Below are positions 13,255 through 26,900 of a DNA stretch of 64,000 bases, in pieces. Source of the DNA: Monocercomonoides exilis PA203 (taxonomy: Eukaryota; Protista; Preaxostyla); NCBI GenBank assembly GCA_001643675.2, contig LSRY02000025.1, forward strand, positions 1,116,001-1,180,000. Reading direction: 5' to 3'. How positions within the stretch are numbered: position 1 is the stretch's first letter; the number at the start of each line of letters is the position of its first letter. Both the position numbers and the translations under genes were made by a program. Below the pieces are notes generated by a model. The model was not told the origin of the DNA. It did not search any database and was given only the letters and a program-made list of their open reading frames with translations.

Positions 13255-13445
13255 CGGTGCGCTCTACACGGAGGTACTGCAATACCGCGAGAACGCTGTC
13301 AAGGAGAGAGGCAAGCCTCGTTTCTACCTTGACCCAATCCAAAAATAAAATTAATATCGAGCCACCCATTGGGCAGCAATTCAGATATTAAACTGAATAG
13401 AACAGATACTACACTTGATCTTAGCCACGAGGGCCGAGAAGGTAT
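13255..13445 (-). ncRNA. U2: U2 spliceosomal snRNA
   Basis: Minus strand reads ATACCTTCTCGGCCCTCGTGGCTAAGATCAAGTGTAGTATCTGTTCTATTCAGTTTAATATCTGA. It contains the branch-recognition GTAGTA, an Sm site ATTTTTGG and loop IV ATTGCAGTAC. Length is ~190 nt. Confidence 0.97.
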
Positions 13446-13470
13446 GAAATTTTCCTTACCTCTCAATTGG

Positions 13471-13477
13471 TTATATA
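13471..13477 (-). promoter_or_regulatory. Putative TATA box of U2 snRNA gene
   Basis: TATATAA lies at -32..-26 from the U2 5' end. Confidence 0.5.
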
Positions 13478-13538
13478 GTACAAAAATTTTCATCTTAATA
13501 TGGTTATGATCTATATTCCCATCTCTAACAAATTAAAA

Positions 13539-15323
13539 ATGTGTTTTTTGCTTTATTTATTTATTGGAATCTCTGCAATACATTGCGATGATCCAGTTGA
13601 TCAGACATTTATTTTTAGTGAAACTGGTACTGATTCAGAAACTTGTGGAACAACTGAAGATCCATGTAAGACTCTTTTGAGTGTCGTTCCGCGAATTGAT
13701 GTAAATGCACCTTGCACTTTTAAGTTATTAGAAGGCAATTACATAGAATCCAGCTTGACATTGGAATCTTGCAGGCTGGAAGTGTTGCCCGATCAAAATG
13801 TATTTGTTATTTTGGTTCACAATCAACAATCCACAGACCCTCTTTTCGTTAGTAACGCTGCAATTATTAAAATCAGCCACATCACTTTTAATGCGACAGT
13901 TACCTCGACAGTTCAGCCGTTACTGTTTGAACTCAAAGAAAACTCTGAGTTCACATTAACAAATGTGCAAATAAACTCAATGTGCACAGAAGATTCGCAA
14001 ATAAAAGAAGCATATTCATTAATTCACGCAACAAAAGCAACTGTGACACTGAGTTTTTTGACTGTTATTGATTTAACGACCATTTTGAAGATTACTTCAA
14101 CAAAAGAAGCTGATATTTGCGGATGGACAGTAGGATTCATTTCATTGGAGGAATGCACAACAACAATTGAAGATTCTAAATTTGAAAACGTAAGTTTTGG
14201 AGCAGTGTTTATGAGTAAAGGGAAAGCTTCATTGCACAACGTAACTTTTGGCTCAGAAACAATCAGTTCAAATTTTTCTGGATATATGCGGAATGTTAGA
14301 TGCGTGCAAAGTGGAGAGATTGAGGCAGATGGTATAACTGTCACAAATGCCAATGGAGATGAAATGTTTGGGCATTATATAGATGCTGTGGGCTGCCGAG
14401 CTCAAGGGGAAGAGTTCAAAGGAGAGACTGCCCCATTCTTCAGACCAATTCTCAAAAATGTGACAATTACGCAACCTGAATCCATGAATGACTATTTTTA
14501 TCTGACTTTTGACACCACAGGGTTGTATCCATGTTATACACGCTTCGAAACAGAGACGGGCTATCATCCGCCCATGCCCTCTTCAATACGTAATCGCCCG
14601 AACATTTACAATAATTACGATTTTGAGACGTATGTTAATACAAGCCGTGCTGAAGGTCGTATCAGAAAAGCAGCAATTCCAGACGATAACAGAACGATTG
14701 CCTTTGAGTTAATTTACAAAAGACACGGTGGAGTGACTGAATACTCCAACAGCCTTTCTGTTGATGCACCTGCACCACCAAGTCCAGTTAATCCTGATGA
14801 TCCAGAAAATCCTTTGCCTCATGAAGACGAAGACCCAGGCAAAGAAAAGCTGAGCTCTGTTTGGATAGGTGTGATTGTGGGAGGATCGTTTTTGGTGGTC
14901 ATTGCAGTCCTGATGATTGTGGGATTTATTCTGAGGAAGATTTATGGGCCTATCAACTTGAAGAAAGATGGAGCAGGTGTTGAGAAACTTGGTGGGAGCA
15001 CAGGAAATAAGGATGCTGCTGGTGCTACTGGAGTGTCGCAGTCAGAGGCCACTAAAAACGTGAAATATGTTACGGGGCCTCCAGAAATAGAGCTGAAGGC
15101 AATGGGTGCTTCTAATCAGAATCCTCAGGAATTAACTGCTCCTCAGAGACAGCTTACTCAGGTTTACGACGATCAATTTGACAAGACAGACTTATCTCGA
15201 AATTATGAAATTGACTGCCCTCCTGTTTTATCTCTTCCTCCTCAAGAAAGCATTGCTCTTCCTGTTGTTTATAACCCTATAACTGACGATGAAAAGATTA
15301 CTGATGATATTACACAGGATTAG
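13539..15323 (+). CDS. Type I membrane surface protein (signal peptide, pectin-lyase/beta-helix-like ectodomain, one TM, cytoplasmic tail without kinase)
   Basis: Signal peptide MCFLLYLFIGISAIHC, Cys motif GTDSETCGTTEDPCKTL, beta-repeat segments, a Pro-rich stalk, and TM VWIGVIVGGSFLVVIAVLMIVGFILRK. The gene is intronless. Confidence 0.8.
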   Translation: MCFLLYLFIGISAIHCDDPVDQTFIFSETGTDSETCGTTEDPCKTLLSVVPRIDVNAPCTFKLLEGNYIESSLTLESCRLEVLPDQNVFVILVHNQQSTDPLFVSNAAIIKISHITFNATVTSTVQPLLFELKENSEFTLTNVQINSMCTEDSQIKEAYSLIHATKATVTLSFLTVIDLTTILKITSTKEADICGWTVGFISLEECTTTIEDSKFENVSFGAVFMSKGKASLHNVTFGSETISSNFSGYMRNVRCVQSGEIEADGITVTNANGDEMFGHYIDAVGCRAQGEEFKGETAPFFRPILKNVTITQPESMNDYFYLTFDTTGLYPCYTRFETETGYHPPMPSSIRNRPNIYNNYDFETYVNTSRAEGRIRKAAIPDDNRTIAFELIYKRHGGVTEYSNSLSVDAPAPPSPVNPDDPENPLPHEDEDPGKEKLSSVWIGVIVGGSFLVVIAVLMIVGFILRKIYGPINLKKDGAGVEKLGGSTGNKDAAGATGVSQSEATKNVKYVTGPPEIELKAMGASNQNPQELTAPQRQLTQVYDDQFDKTDLSRNYEIDCPPVLSLPPQESIALPVVYNPITDDEKITDDITQD

Positions 15324-15758
15324 ATTTTTTGTGTAATATTTTTAGAAATTAGAAATGTTTTAATTTTTTTTCCACTTTTTTATTGACAAACATTGTGTAA
15401 ATGATCATCAGAGTATTCGTTTGTAAAAAATACTTTAACATTAATATTTTTCAATTGTATTTGAAAATGGAAATGATCTTCTTTTTTATCCTTTTTTGTT
15501 TTTTCTAATAAATCTTGAATATTCAAATGCAATTTATCAAGCAAAAAGATTACTCTACTATTTATCCAATAATTAGACAAGCATTTGAAACCTTGTCTTC
15601 TGAGTCTTCAATCGGTTTTGCATTTCTGAATCAAAATCTTCGTGAAACTGTACAAACAACAAATAAATTAGCAGTTTGATAATAAATATTAAAACAAAGA
15701 TTATCTGTTAAGACTTTCATTGTTTTTTTGCGCGTGATAGTCTCAATGCCAAGAGAAA

Positions 15759-18700
15759 ATGATTTATAAAAATTCAAGTCAGGCTGCAATTGATCAAATT
15801 TTAGCTTCTTCAACGCTTATCACGCAAACAAAAGAACAATGTGATAAGATTTTGCAACAAATATTGCCCATTCAATCATTATTTCAGGAAAGATTACAGT
15901 ATGAATAAGTGTTGGATTATCTTTACATTTCTAACTTTTTCCGATGTATAATTTCATTAAAAGGAAAAAACAAAAAGAAAGCTCTGAATCGACAATTTCT
16001 TCAGGTGAGCATGCAGGTCAGATTGCACCTTCTTTGATAAATGCAATTAAATCAATAAAAGTTTCACCACCAAACTTTTTGACACGAACCATGAAATCAT
16101 TGAAGAATACCTTAAAGCAACCACAAGAATCGAAAGCTCCAAAAAAAGCTGATGAAGTTTTGCAATCCGAAGATATTGAAAAAAAGAAAAATTTTGATGA
16201 TATTGAATTAAAAAAAAGTGAAACAAAAAATTCAAACGTTGATCAAACGACAAATCAGCCATTGTTACAGCAACACGAACAAACGCAGTCTACGGCTGCA
16301 GAAAATTCTGGCGATAATGGAAATCGTCAAATATCAAAGGAATTAGGCTCAATTTGTTTGGGAACTGAGCAAATTGAATCGAAATCTGAAAAAGGATTGA
16401 GTCAAAATCTGGAAGCTACCTCACAATCTGAAGTGCATGAGAAGAGCAATCATTTCTCGTTGCGGTCAGAGGAACAAGAAGCAGAAACTGCTCAGCACAA
16501 CAACTCAAAAAGTATTCCAGAAATCTCAATCGCAAAGTCCATTTCACCAGATCCTTCTTCTTCTTCTTCAATGCAAAAAGGAAAAAATCTGGAATCCTCG
16601 CAAATTGAAACTGTGAGCATTATGCCTCCATTGATCACAGCATCTTCCTCTTCAATAACATCCCGCCGTTCGCGAACACGCCGCATTATCGTTCCTTCGT
16701 CTTCGTCGCAAACAAATGCTCCTTCGCTTCAGTCATTTTCTACCCCAAAAAATGAGATCAATGCAGCACATTCAGGCACTGAGGATTTGCAGCAGCAGCA
16801 TTCTCCTGCTATTTCTTTAGCTGCTTCTTCGTCAACTTTCTCTTCATCGCTGAATGTTCCTTCGTCTCTGCTTCATCACACTTCCTCTTCTTCTACAGCT
16901 TCATCCTTCAGCACATCATCTCATTTTCTGTCTCTTTCTTTGACTTCTTCCCTTTCCTCTCGCACAATCACACCTCCTCTGTCCGCACATCATGAAAAAA
17001 GTGTATCGCCGCAGCCGCTTTCCTCCTCTTCTCCTACTGCTGCTAGCACATCCACATCCGACTCTGCCTCTTCTTTGTCTTCCTCCTTTTCATTTGGAAC
17101 TTCACTCACTTCGCACTCAAATTCCTCAATGGGTCATCTCACAGAGCATGTTGTCTTCACCGTGTCCGCTCCTTCGCCTTCTGCAAAGGACGAGGCACCT
17201 TCTCCTTCTGTCACACATTCCTCTCGGTCGACACTGACTGACTGGAGAAGCAGCAGAAGCAGAGCAGAAGCCAAGTCGAGAGAAAGAGAGCAAAAGAGAG
17301 AACGATCCAGATCAACAGATTCGTCAAAGCAGGAAAAGGCATTTTCTGAAAGAACAGATTCCAAAGATCATACACAAACTCAGCAAAAAGAGAAAGAAAG
17401 TCAAAAGGAAACCAAAGAAAACCAGGCTGCTTCTTCTCCCACATCTGATAAGCAATCGACCAAATCGTCTGCCAGCAGGTTCTTCGGCAAGCTTCTCTCC
17501 CGTGCTGCTGCAGTTGTTTCATCATCTCCTTCTTCTCATTCACCTTCGCCTTCTCCTTCATCTTCTCCTTTGCCTTCGCCAACTCTTTCTCCTTCGTCTT
17601 CTCCTCCGCTTGCACATTCACCTGCTCCATCTTCCTTATCTTCCTCAAAAACATCTCCTTCTCATTCATTCTTGTTGAATGAAAATCGCCCTCAAACAAG
17701 TCAAAATTCGCAGAAAGCACAAAATATTTCAGCATCTCATTCTATTTCATCAAATGAATCGCTTCCATCAAAACAAGAATCTACACAATCTTCGAATCTT
17801 CCTCAGAATGCAGCTGCTTCAAATGAGCATCAGACATCTGCATCAGCAGCAGCGGAGCAATCAGCAACAACATCTCATCCATCAGACAAGACAAATGCAA
17901 ATGAAATATCTTCATCTGCTGCTCAATCATCTTCCACTTCCTCTTCTTCTTCTGCTGCGTCTTCGATCAAGTCAACATTTATGTCTTTCCTCTCATCAGC
18001 ATCTTCCCAATTTAGCAAACCTGAACGGCATTCATTCTTCCTGCTGCCAACAACAGACAATATCGCACACCCAGATGAAGCACAGCCACCAATTGCAAAG
18101 GAAGTGAATGAGACAAAGGAACAGAATGAGAGCAAAACGAAGGAAACACAACAAGAACAAGAACAAGAACAAGAGTTTATCTCGAGTGATGATAAAATTG
18201 ATGAGACAGAACATAAACAGACAATTGAAAGTGAAAGACAGCAAGAGTCTGCTGACTTGTTGGATGTTCAACAAATAATTAGAGATGAAAAACAACCAGA
18301 GAATATTGAAGTTGAATCAAAAGGACCTCCAGCAGTTGACGCAGAAACAACTTCCAATTCTTTGAAAGAAGAATTATCAGGAAAAGTTAGTGATTCAACT
18401 GATTCTGAAGAGCTGGAAAAGGTTATTCCTCAGCCAGCGTTGTCAGAAAAGGAGTGTGTATCAGATGTTGCATTAAGCTCAACTAATTCAGATGAATGTA
18501 CCGATCTGAATGTTTCAGAAAAGGAAACCGTATCAGCAGAAGAGATTCTTCAGACAAGTGTCAAAGATGATGCACAAGAACAAATACAGACAGAAAACAA
18601 TAAACCAGAGAACAATTCTGAAGATACTAAAATTGCAAATGATGAGACTTCTGTTTCAGAGCAACCTCCAACTGTTGAAAGTGTCATCTCAACAGAGTCG

Positions 18701-19414
18701 AAAGTCAGCACTGCAGATGAACATGCAAATCCACCCACAAACTCAGAGTTAGCGTTTGAAGAGAGCATTCCATTTGAATCTCAACAGAATTCTCAGTCTT
18801 CGCATGAAGAGTTGCCTCAATCGCCAACTCTGCTCTCTCCTGCTGTTCTTTCATTTGACCAGCCTCTGTTCTTAAACAATCCAATTGGCTCGTCTCTTTC
18901 CAGAGATTCAGAACAACTTGATATCTCAGAAGTGGTCAACAATGATGTAATAGTACCAGAAGAAATTGAAGAAGTTGAACCTTTAAGTATTAAAAAGAAA
19001 GCACATGAAGAGGTTATTGAGGGAAAGACTGATAACAAGGAGGAAATTGAAAAAGAAGATAGTGACGTTTATGCTTCTGAGAAAACTGTTGCTGAAGCTG
19101 AAGCTGAAACAGAAAGAAGTGAATCAAAAGATATTTCTGGAGAGTTAACAGCAGAAGACGAAGATCCAATGAAAAGCATGGAGAGCATTCTCAGAACAGA
19201 AGAAAATGACGATGAAGATGGACTTTTTGGGGAAGAAGATGAATTGATGGATGATGATTTACTCAACTCTGTGTTTGCAGCCGAGCTTGAGAGAGATTCA
19301 CTTCAGATGGAAAAGAAAAAGATAAGGTCTTCAAAAAAAGGAGAGAAAGGAAAAGGAACATCAAAAAAGGGAAAGAAAGGTGCAACAAAAAAGAAATTGA
19401 AAGAGATTGAATGA
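15759..19414 (+). CDS. Hypothetical intrinsically disordered Ser/Glu-rich protein with Lys-rich C-terminus
   Basis: 1156-aa ORF. A likely extra first exon (15759-15898) joins in frame through intron gtatga..aaaag (15899-15963). Confidence 0.75.
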
Positions 19415-19510
19415 AGGAATTCTGTAATTTTTGCGTTCTTTCTTATTATTTCTAACAATTTGTGATTGATCTTTCTTCACAAATAGGTTGAGTATGTACT
19501 TCTGTTTTTG

Positions 19511-19513
<3 letters not shown>

Positions 19514-19547
<34 letters not shown>
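19514..19547. repeat. (TTA)n microsatellite
   Basis: Run of ttattattatta; a similar run occurs at ~47478-47504. Confidence 0.85.
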
Positions 19548-20689
19548 TTATTTTATTTTAGTTAGACTCTTTGTGACAAAATATTTATGCTGTCAACAGA
19601 GTTTTACAAATTCGAGTGTAATAACTTATGAAGAAAAAAAATATTTTTTTTCTTTCAAATGATATTCTTTTTGTATTTTTTTTTTCTTTTTGAATAAGAA
19701 TTACTCAAAAATCACTCATATTTTTATTGAAAGTATTTATTTCCAGGTAAAAAAAAATCATAAACATAATTCTGCTCAAATTTTATTACAGTGAACAACA
19801 ATAATGAGCTATTAAATATTATTATCCAAATTTGAATATTTCAAGAAAAAACAAAAAATTTTTTCCTTCAATTTTGTTTGAAAATAGAGAATTCGAAAAA
19901 CTGTGAAAAAAAAGAAAAAACTGTTAACATTTCTTTTTTCAAAAAAAAAAACTTTCTATAAATAAAAAATCAAAAATCAATCGAGATAAGTATCACTAAC
20001 CAACAAAAATTGTTACCCATTACGATGTTCTGACACAAGCAGAACGCTTTGACTCTTTCAGAATAGTATTTTTTATTCTTTTTGAATAATAGTTGCTGTC
20101 TAATTGTCTGGTTGAAAAACATTTCATTTTTATATTGATTTTTTTGACAGATAAATGAGAATTTATTATGGAATAAATATTGTTGCTCAAACAATTCTCT
20201 CAATGTTATGTTTGAGCAATGGTGAATAATTTATTGACTGCATAAAAAAAGTGATGAAGCGATGAAATACAGTCCAGACCGGATATTATCAAATCGGGTT
20301 TACACAACTTTTTGTGACTATGTCCGATTGTGATAATATACGAAGAGATTATCTCCGGTTTCGATTGTAAAATTTTTGACCAAATAATATCATATTTCCC
20401 ACTTTTCTTTAAGAATTTCACATATGGATAATAAAATATCAGATAGTTGATCGAACAGTTTCATTATTGTCGATAACACAATTGAAATTATTTTTTGTTT
20501 CTGGTTATTTTTTTGGAGTCTATCAATAACTCATAAATATTTTTTTTTTTTTTTGATGAAATCATTCGTGATAAATAATGAATGAATTTTTATTTTAAAG
20601 AAAACAAAAAAAGTCATAAATATGAAATAATGAACAATAAATTAATACAAAGTTTGTTTATTATTCCTATACGTTTTTCTATCTGTCTA

Positions 20690-20798
20690 TCTTTCTTTTT
20701 TCTTTTATCTTTTATCTTTTATCTTTATCTTTTTTCTTTTTTCTTTTTTCTTTTTTCTTTTTTCTTTTTTCTTTTTTCTTTTTTCTTTTTTCTTTTTT
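20690..20798. repeat. T-rich tandem repeat (TTTTATC grading to TTTTTTC/TTTTTC) upstream of the kinesin
   Basis: About 15 degenerate 6-7-nt units are directly visible. Confidence 0.8.
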
Positions 20799-20969
20799 CA
20801 TTTGATAATGAGGAAAGTTGGTGAAGGACGTGACGAATTTTTTTCTTCATGTTTCTCAGGGCTATTTTTTTGTCTCAATAAATGAAAAATGTTTTTCGTT
20901 GCAGAATATTCACATATCCTAACATTAGAAAAAAATTTTTTGAAACCATAATAATACGGCACCAGTTCA

Positions 20970-23900
20970 ATGTCTGAATCAGTCGTTGTTGCAGTGAGAG
21001 TACGCCCTCTTAACTCGAAAGAAAAAAAGGAAAAATGTACGGAAATACAAAATATTAACGGAAAGTCTATAACAATTGTAAATCCAAAAAAGTTTGCAAA
21101 AAATTCATTATTTTGAAAGATTAAAATTTTGAAAAAGTACAAAAGAGTCTAAAACATTCACATACGACTATGTTTATGGAACTTCAACAACTCAAGATGT
21201 TTGCTTTAACTATTTATAATTTCTCACGTTTTCTTTCATTTTTTTGACATTTTTATTAAAGCAAGTTTTCAATGATTTAGGAACGCTTTATTTGGAAAAT
21301 TGCTGGAATGGCTATAATTGTACTTTGTTTGCATATGGTCAAACTGGCGCTGGGAAGTCTTATTCAATGACAGGATCAAGAGATTCGTCTGAAACTCGAG
21401 GAATTATTCCACGTGGCTGTGAAGAAATGTTTCGTCGAATTGAAGGAAACGATAATCCTGATATATCATATGAAGTCAGAGTATGCATTGCTTTTCTGGA
21501 TTTGTTCTATTTTTATTTGATATATTTTTATTTCAAAAAAAGGTGTCTTATCTCGAACTTTATAATGAAAAATTGAGAGATTTGCTTGATCCAAAAACTT
21601 CGAAAACTATAAAAATTCGAGAATCTCCAACTAAAGGAGTATATGTTGAAAATTCATTGGAAGAACTTGTTTCAAATTATGATGAAATTGAATCTTTGCT
21701 GGATGCTGGAGAGAAATCAAGAACTGTTGCAGCAACTCAAATGAACGCAACAAGCTCTCGTTCTCATTCAATTCTTACAATCTTTTTCACACGTTTTGAA
21801 GTATTATATTCACTCTTTAATCAATTAACATAATAATTAATACTAATATTTTGATAAATATCATTATTCAATGTTTTATAGACTATAGAAGGCAAAAAGA
21901 CACAAAAGGATGCATTAATTAATCTGGTAGATTTGGCAGGAAGTGAACGACAATCAAAAACTGGAGCAACTGGAGAGAGATTGGCTGAAGCAAACGCAAT
22001 CAACAAAAGTTTATCAGGTTGGATAACTCATTATTCATTGTATTTTCAACATTTATTTGTGTTTATTTCTTTATACAATTAATTGTTCATCATCACTCAT
22101 CTTTCCGTTGCCTATACTTTAATTCACCACATCTTTGTTAATAACAATTTTTTTCATTCAAAAATGCTAACAAATAAATTAAGCGCTGGGTAATGTTATT
22201 TCTGCACTGGCTGAGCATTCAAAAGGGAAGAACACTTTCGTTCCCTATCGTGACTCAACATTAACGCGAATGCTGCAAGACTCTCTTGGCGGGAATAGCA
22301 AGACTATTATGATAGCTGCTATGTCGCCTGCTTCCTCCAATTACGATGAAGGTATTTCTTTTTTTTCAAATTTTCTTTTATCCTTTAAAAACTTTCAACA
22401 TTATGTTAATTTTCATTCATTCATTCATTCTTCTTCACATTAACCCCAAATAGGCGTTTCAACACTTCAATATGCTGATCGAGCCAAGCAGATTAAGAAT
22501 AAGCCAGTTGTGAATGAATCAGAGACCGACAAGTTGATCAAAGAGCTTCGTGCTCAACTTGAACAACTCCAACAGCAGCTGGCTGCTGGCGGTTCTTCTC
22601 TTCCGTCGAATGGTGATGGCTCATTGGAAGGTGTGGATTTTCAGTGATTTGTTGAATGATATTTCATCATTTCCTATTCTTTTATGACACAAATGATGTT
22701 TTGTTGATATTCAGGCGAACAACAAGCAAAGACAGAGGAGCAAGCAAAAATAGACGAAGAAATACAGAAGATGCAGCAGGATTTGGAGGAAACGAAGCGG
22801 AAGTTTGCTGAATCAGAGACAGAAACAAAGCAAATGGAGGAGCAGCTGCAAGGAGAGAAGGCAAAATACGACATTATGAAGCAGAATCTTCTGGCTGAGA
22901 AGGAAAAAGCGATGTTGAGAAAGCAGCAAAGAGAAGAGGAAGAGGCAGCGCTCCAAGCAGCAAGGAGCGAGGAAGAGCAGAGGCTGGCTGAGGAGAACAG
23001 GAAGAAGGAGGAAGAGGAAGACAGACAAAGAGACGAGCTATTGGCAAAAGTGGAGGCGTCTCTGAAGGAAGTGGAAGCGAAGAAGGCGAGACTCACAAAG
23101 GAGAAGATGAGTCTTGATGAGAAGGAGAAGGACATTGAGAGGAAAGAGAAAGAGATTGAGCTTCTTACTGAGGAGAGGGAGGAGATCAAGGAAGAGATGG
23201 CATGCCTTGGGAAGCAGCTGTACAACCTGACAGCAACAAATGAAGAGAAGGAGCAGAAGGCAGCAGAAGCACGAAGGCGAAGACAGGAATATCTGAGTGA
23301 CTATGGATTGGATGTGAGAGAGATGAAGGAGCTGATGGGAGTGGAAAGCGGCGGGCCAACTTTAAAGAACTTGTCTGTTGACAGCGCATTGAATGGGAAT
23401 CTGGTGTGGTTTATCAGAACGAAAGAGAACAAAAAGGGGATGAATGGAGAAGAAGATGGAGAGAATGCTAATGAGCAATCAGGTTCAAATGCACAAGATG
23501 AAGAAGACGAAGATTCGCTATCTGAATCGACGGATGAATACGACTTCCTTTTGAACTCGTCCGGCAACAGCAAAGCGGAAAGGAAGCATCGCTCGTCTTC
23601 CACAAACACACACTTTTATGTGACCACTCTTGTTGGATGCGACCCGTCGAGCTGTCACATCTGTATTCCGAGTGGAGTGTGCGACGGAGTTGGAAGTCTG
23701 CATGCGGTGTTTGTGTATGATGTGGAGTGGAAGGAAGTGTTCATCAACCCTCTTCCAGGAAAGAGAGTGCTCGTGAATGGCGTCTGGGTGGAGCATCAGA
23801 AGAGAGGCGAGGGAGAGGTTGTGGAGATGGCAGGGATGGATGAACAGCAGCTCTTTGGAAATTACAAGAACAATAAAACAGAAGCTGAAGAAGCTGCTCA

Positions 23901-26900
23901 CAATGAAAATGAAGGAGTGGAGAATATTATCGGATTGGATGATCTGCCAGGCTCAGAAAACGTTTGTACAAATTCAGACAACGAAAATTCTTCTGCATCT
24001 GCTTCATCTTCTTCAACTTCTTCTTCATCTCAATCTGTAAATAACAGAAAAGAAAGTGTCAAAGTGTTTCGTCGTCGACCACCAGGTAAGCAACTTCATG
24101 TTGGCGATCGCATCATCTTCGGGAAATCTTTTATTTTGACCTTTTCTTTTGACAGATGTACAATCTCATCTCTTCCATTTACTGCTCGTCCAATGCCATT
24201 TCGTTTGAAGCCTCCAATCTTTCGTAACAGCAAACATCACAAGCACAACATGCAATCTCTTACTCATCCACCGCCACCTCCTCATTCAATGTTCCTTCCA
24301 CCGCTTCCTTTTTCGTTGAATGGAGACAGCTTTCCAACCAACTTTAGTGGCGTTCCTTTTGAAGATGTGATTGCTGCTGAGTTAGCCGTGGCACGAGGCA
24401 AAGTGGCTTCTGTTGAAGATTATTTGTCGATGAATGCAGCTAAATTAGAGGTTATCCGTGCTGATGAGCTGATAGATGAAGCGAATGACATTGTGAAGAC
24501 GTTGGGACGGAAAATAAGCTACAGCATGGACATTGAGAATGACTACTTGGCAGATCCAGAAAGAAGGAAGACCCTTGGCGTGGGTGACCCGTTGATACAA
24601 GATTCGAACGAAGTTGAACTGTCAAGCGACGAAGATGAAAGCGATGAAGAAGGCGAAGAAGTTAATGCTGATTTAGCTGAAAATGCAGATTCTTTGATGG
24701 AAAAAAGGCGGAAAGAAGAAAGGAGAAAAGCCAGACAGCTGAAAAAAGAAGAAGAGAAGAGAAACCGACCGCCAAGAATTTCAGTGCGAGTGAACTCGTT
24801 TGAACATGGGGTGTATCAGAAGTGGAAGTTGGGTGTTTTGGAAGAGCGGCTGCCACTTATGCGGCAGATAATGTGTGATCTCATGGAGGAGCTGGGCGTG
24901 GGCAGGAAAGGAATCATTAAAGGCGGATGGGAAAAGGCGTTGAATGCTTCTTGCATGAAGAAATGGACAAAGGAGAAGAAGCTCACTGCTCAAAATACAA
25001 ATATTGTAGTTACAGCTTCTGCTTCTGCTTCTGCTTCTGCTTCATCCTTGTCTGTCAGAAGTGATACATCCACTTCAACAGCAACATCATCACCGAATAC
25101 AACAAGCAATTCTTCTGAACAACAGTCAGCGAAAAGTGTTCGAGTTATTAATCCTTATTCTGATCCATTCTTTCTCCCGCCTGAAGATCAGCTCATCGGA
25201 ATTGCACGTTTCCCTCTGAGCGAAATGTTCAAAGCAGGTGCCTTCAAAACGGTGCTTGCTGTGCGTAAAGTGATAGACTTGGAAGGAATAAGAAGGAAAT
25301 GGATATTTCATGAGAAGCAGATTGACAAACAGCAGAAGCAGAAATTCAGAGAATTTATGGATGCGAATCGAGATGGAGAATTGAATGAATCAAATGAAGG
25401 AGAACAAGAGAGAAGAGAAGAAATGACAAGTTCAATGAGAGCAGTTCCGCCATTGGACAAAGAGAGAGCGAACAGAAGACGCGATGCAGAACGCTTTTTT
25501 GATGAGCAAATGAGAAGGAATCTGCAGATGAAGATGCTCAGGCAGCAGGACGATGTGCTTAGTCTTGTGAAGGAAATGGAGCTTGAAGCGCTGGAAGAAG
25601 AAAGAGCACGGCTCAAAAAAGCTTCGATTGCAGAGAAAGAGCAAAATGACCAGACTCAGAATGAAAGCGGTGAATCCAATTCAACTGCTCAGAGCTCTCA
25701 AATATCAACGCCACTCAACCTGTTTGATGCAGCTGAAGAAGAACGGAGGCAGGATCCGAATGCAACAGATGACCAGATCTATGGAGAGTACTTAGGAGAG
25801 CTTCGTGTTGGAGTTGCACTGAAGATGATTCGAGAAGCGAGACAGAAGAAGAAAGTGGAGCAAACTGAAAATCCTTCTCAAATGGAAGCAGAAGAAATCC
25901 AAAATACTCAATCAAGTCGTCAACACGAGCAACGCTTTTCATCTCCTCAAAGCATTAGAGGGGCATCTAGTTTGCAAAGATCTGCTAAAAATCTTCGAAG
26001 AAATCAGTTGAAAATGGGCAGTGCAGATGAAACTGGGAAGTTGCTAGTGGAAGGTCCATTGCCTCTGATTAATGTGGAAGATGGAACAGCAATTGAGATA
26101 CACGAAAGAAACGTTCACAATTCACAGAACACGATAAGAAAGAAGATGAAGCAAATCGAAGATAATTTGAGTGATGAGAGAGTTGATTCATCTGAAACAC
26201 CACCACTTCAAAGGCCTGTTGATGTCACAGCCACTCCAGATGTTAATCACGAGAATGAATCCGCAAGAAACCAGAGCAATCAAGGTCAATCAGATTCTGT
26301 TGACAGCTCCTCGACTGTTGCAAAGCGAATACCGTTGAAAAAGAAAGTGGATTTGCCAAAGGTGTTTGGGAAGAACGTGATTGCGCACATGAACATTCGA
26401 TCACTCCACCTCAACCAGAATGTTAATGCAGTTGCTGGACTGTACTGCAGATTCTATTTTCCTCCGGGCACATGGAAAGAAGAAGTCACAGAACGAATTG
26501 TCGACAAAGACGATGTGATAAACGAAGAAAGAGGGAAAACAGACATCAAGGAAGTTTCTAAGACAACCGTTTCTTCGAGTTCAGGCACTCAGACAACAAC
26601 AGAACTAACATTCTCCGAGCCTTCGTCAACAAGAAGAAGGACTTATGTGTTCCCTCAGCAGGAGTTTAGCGGAGAATATCGTTGCTTTACGCCAGACGAT
26701 GCATTGGCGTTTGAGAAGACAGATGTGGTGATTGAGGTGTGGGGGCATTCTGGATATTCACAGGAGAAGAACAGTGCTGTTATGGATATGGCTATTTTGA
26801 AGAGAAAGACGATCATTAAGAAAAACATAGCTGCATCAAAGCTTGATTTAACACTGAAACAATCAGAAAAAAAGAGTGCTGAGCTCAAAGAAAAAGAAGA

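Noticed and set aside
13299-13493. 64-aa minus-strand ORF
   Set aside because: It coincides with the U2 snRNA, so it is a spurious translation.
19970-20421. Two short minus-strand ORFs
   Set aside because: No recognisable motifs or convincing splice linkage; the region is better explained as non-coding.
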